Both the position numbers and the translations under genes were made by a program. DNA of 64,000 nt from the human T2T-CHM13v2.0 reference genome, Homo sapiens. Positions 60,330 to 64,000 of the stretch are shown here, piece by piece (within the stretch, counting starts at the first letter, position 1; the number at the start of each line of letters is the position of its first letter). The DNA is taken from the NCBI RefSeq assembly GCF_009914755.1, contig NC_060944.1; one strand, given 5' to 3'. Below the pieces are notes generated by a model that was not told the origin of the DNA, made no database searches, and saw nothing but the letters and a program-made list of their open reading frames with translations.

Positions 60330-60720
60330 ACATCTGAGGGCTTCTTATGTACTGGGTAATGAGGTAGGTGCTTTCAGGTGTTATCACATTGAATCTTCAC
60401 AGCAACACAATGCTGTAGATATTGCTTCTTTTTTATAGATGAGCAAACTGAAGTTCAGAATAGATAAATACATTTCCCAAGGTGGCATAGTGTGTAATAA
60501 TCAGGATTTAAACTCCTTCGATTCTATTTGAATTCAAAGACCATGTTCTTTCCTTGCCATTCATTCCTTCAGCAATAGAAGTTGAGCCTCAGTTTTCTTA
60601 TCTGTAAAATGAGATTAATAATAGTAACTCATTGAGTTATGAAAATTAAATAATATATGCTAAGCACATAAAGCAGTGCCAGGTACTTCTGTAGTAAGCT
60701 CCTAATGTTAACTATCATCA
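60330..60720. mobile_element. Two MIR fragments in opposite orientation (60330-60560 minus, 60580-60720 plus)
   Basis: TTTTATAGATGAGCAAACTGAAG..CCCAAGG, then GAGCCTCAGTTTTCTTATCTGTAAAATG. Confidence 0.7.
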
Positions 60721-62299
60721 TTATTTAAATTATACTCTAGTTCTTGCTATGGGACAGTTATGATGTTAGGGGATGGGGATACAAAGATGATAAGATATTA
60801 CTTGACCTTAGGTAGTTTAACAATAGTGGGAAGACCCGACAGTTGAAAGTAGTATGTTATTTCTTTTTGGCATCCATTATAAAATATGTGAGTAAATTTA
60901 GATAGAAAAGCAAGGAATGCTGAAATTCAGAGATGGAGCCTGTAGTGGCGTGCATGGACAGACTTTCCATGCTCGAGCCTTCCATTTAGTAAAAATTCAG
61001 GCCTGTTGTGGATCTTCAGATCATTTGAAAAACAGTCACTGAGCACTTGGGGTTTGCTGTATTTCTTTTTATTAAACCTATTTTTAGAACCCTCATGCTG
61101 ATCTCACTCTTTTTTCTTTTTAATGGAAATATTATATGCAAGTACAGTGTCTGAAAAAAAAAGTGACTTTATTTATAGTGAAAAGCTTCCCTTCAAGTTA
61201 TTAGAAATTTTAGATCTTTTGAGTCTTAATAAGAATTTGATTTTTTACCTTTTTATGACTCATAAGCAAATTCACCAGATAAGAAAAATTGAATCTGAAA
61301 TTAGTTAAATTTTACTACTCTTGGATATTAGAATTAAGGTAATAGTAGAAGGATAATTGAATTTCTTAGCTAAATTGAGGGCTTGAAAAGTTTCTGAATT
61401 TCAGTACTACCACTGACTCATGTTTGAGTTATTATGGATTATCTACCCTTTGTTTATATGTGTGGTCTGTAGATAGCAGCAGGGCCTGGCTTAGTGCTTG
61501 GCATGAGCAGATATTCAGGACGTATGTTTGGGAAGAATGTATGAATGAGAGTAGGTAAGTAGCAAAGCTGGTGAATAAGCAGTTGAAGAAGATTTTTGTG
61601 ATATCTTACCATATTTAATAAATTACTTTGGAAGACATTTGTGTACTGGGATCTGAAGAACATGACTGCATAATTTAATGATTTTGTAGGATTTATTTTA
61701 TTAGGTCTTTTTTGGTGTCACTGCCTCAGAATGTTATTGTATTATTTTGATCTTCTTCACTTGTCAGGCTCTCAGATTTACTTTTGTCAGTCTTTTACAG
61801 TTTCTATACAGTCAAGGAAGCTGCACTGTTACATATTCTTTCAAGATTAATGTTTTGGGACCACATTCTTCATAGTTTCTTTTCTGTCAAACCAGTCATC
61901 TTTGGTGAGAAGGGTGTTCATGTAAGCAGAGAAGCTGGTGTTGTATTATGCAGAATGTCATTTCCTCTCACTTATTTTATTTTTTACCCAGAGCCTTTAT
62001 CCTCTCTCAGCTCCTGAACTGTGGATAGAGATGCCCACAATCCAGCAAATACTTTTTGCCTTCTGGATTCTTTGTTCAGGGTCTTTGTGCTCAGTGTAGC
62101 TTCCTTCCTAAGTAGTTAATAGGTCCCTCTTCTGCTGATCTCTTCTCTCCCCTTCCCCCAATTGCCAGTGGTAAGAAGTATGAGGTTCCTTAACATAGCA
62201 CACTTTTCTGCTGTTCCAGGTGCTTCTCCTGCTGTTCCTACTCTTCTTCCCCTACCTCTCTCTGTACCTAGCTCCTGTTTCAGTCACCAAGGTTTGGGG

Positions 62300-63025
62300 T
62301 GCAACTGATTCTGTCAACAAGTATGGAGCATAGTACCCCCAAATTAGTTTTTCAACCTTGTCCCTTCCCAACCTTCCTCATCTAGTAGTCCCCAATGTCT
62401 ATTGCTGCCATCTTTATATCTATAAGTACCCAATGTTTTTTTTTTTTTTGAGTACCCAATGTTTAGCTCCCACTTACAAGTGAGAACATGGAGTATTTGG
62501 CTTTCTGTTCCTATGTTAATTCGCTTAGGATAATGGTTTCTAGCTATATCCATGTTGCTTCAAAGAACGTGATTTCATTCTTTTTTATGGACACACAGTA
62601 TTCCATGGTATATATGTACCACATTTTCTTTATTTAATTCACCATTGGTGGGCAGCTAGGTTGATTTGCTATTGTGAATAGGGCTGCAGTGAATCTACAT
62701 ATGTACATACATTCAGTGGAACCATTTATTTTCTCTTGGATATATACCCAGTAATGAGATTGGTGGGTCAAGTGGTAGTTTTAAGTTCTTTGAGAAATCT
62801 CCAAACTGCTTTCCCCAGTGGCTGAACTAATTTACATTCTCATTAACAGTGTATAAGTGTTCTATTTTCTCCATAGCCTTATAGCCAATGTGTGTTGTTT
62901 TTGTCTTTTTAATAGTAGCCATTCTGACTGGTGTGAGATGGTATCTCATTGTGGTTTTGATGTGCATTTCTCTGATAATTAGTGATGTTGAGCATTTTTG
63001 CATATGTTTGTTGGCCACTTGTATG
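62300..63025 (-). mobile_element. L1PA16-like 3' fragment
   Basis: TCTAGTAGTCCCCAATGTCTATTG..GTACCCAATGTTTAGCTCCCACTTACAAGTGAGAACATG; ORF 62827-63018 is ORF2 C-terminus. Confidence 0.85.
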
Positions 63026-63279
63026 AAAGTGACCAGTTTTAAATGAATGTGTCAATATAAAGTTTTCCTCCTGGTTCACAGTGTTTTTCTTAAGAGTATT
63101 GCCTTTTTTTCTTGAAAAAGAGAATAAAACTTGGTATTTTTTTTCCCAGACAAATCCTAAACCTTAAGTTTGGGAAAGCACTGTGGTCTTCTCCTTACAT
63201 TGTATTTCTGTATTAAGACATGAATGTATTTTGTCTATAAACTGATTTATTTCTCTCATCTATCAATAGCTAAACATAA

Positions 63280-63430
63280 TTTATCTTCTTTTATGTCTCT
63301 CTCTCCCCACCTTTCCCCCATCATCCCTTCTTCTACCTCTTCCCTTTTCTCCCTACTTTTCTGCTTCTCTCTTACCATTTTTCTTCTCTCTTTCTCTCTC
63401 CTGGACCCTCTGATTTTCTCACTTGCCCTT
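63280..63430. repeat. Pyrimidine-rich (CT) low-complexity tract
   Basis: About 150 bp that is nearly all C/T on the + strand. Confidence 0.8.
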
Positions 63431-64000
63431 CACTAACTATGCTCAAAGAAGTTAAAAACTGAGGTCGGAGATGGTTTTTGTAAAGACTAATAATTCTGAT
63501 GCAGGACTAAATTAAAAATAGGGTTCTTACATGAGGTTTGAATTAGAAAGTTGTGTGGATATTGTCATGTAACTTCTTCTAGTAACCTGTTCTATTGCTT
63601 ACATTTAATAAATAAAAGCCAAGCTATGACTTAAAAATCTTATCCCGTAATCAAAGTAAAGTCTGTGCTATTGTTATAGTGAGTGTTATACAAAAGCAAG
63701 TCAGTGTTAGTCATTTACTTTTGGAATTATTATCTTTCTTCTAAATGCAAGCAGTACTTTTTCCCTCAGCAGACTTTAAGTGTAAATAACTAGAGATAAT
63801 ATAAAAATATTAGGAAGAAGGGATTGATTATCTCTCATTTTTGATTAGTACAGATACAGAATTTTATTTTTCTTTTTTCTTTCTGAATTTTCTTCCTCCC
63901 TTCTGGATTTTTATCTTCTTTCGGCTTTCTTTTAAAGAGAATACTTCTTTGCTGGAATCAATTCAGATAAAAAGGTAGTAGTTTTTTATTGGTTAGGGAA

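Overview
Primate (human-like) AT-rich, repeat-dense non-coding DNA that looks like the inside of a very long intron; T over A excess in unique stretches hints at + strand transcription. No intact protein-coding exon, tRNA, rRNA or CRISPR array is supportable, and nearly all listed ORFs are Alu, L1 or Tigger read-through or chance ORFs. The one gene-derived feature is a processed AIMP1 (p43/EMAP-II precursor) pseudogene at 40586-41682. It sits inside a full-length Tigger1 DNA transposon, which itself sits inside an MLT1B LTR. From memory, AIMP1P1 lies at 20p12.1 within MACROD2, but I cannot confirm the locus from sequence. Other content: a near full-length L1MA2-type element (about 18345-25777), about 20 Alus, many L1/L2/MIR fragments, several LTRs and MITEs. 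The most unusual signals are local templated-copy and fold-back scars: a ~300-bp, ~94% identical inverted duplication (52450-52748 vs 54498-54794) with a perfect 18-bp palindromic junction, a 38-bp templated insertion into the L1 5'UTR, an Alu-split palindrome, and several long hairpins in unique sequence. I found no convincing new multi-gene system. Repeat subfamily names come from recalled consensus sequences, not from a search.
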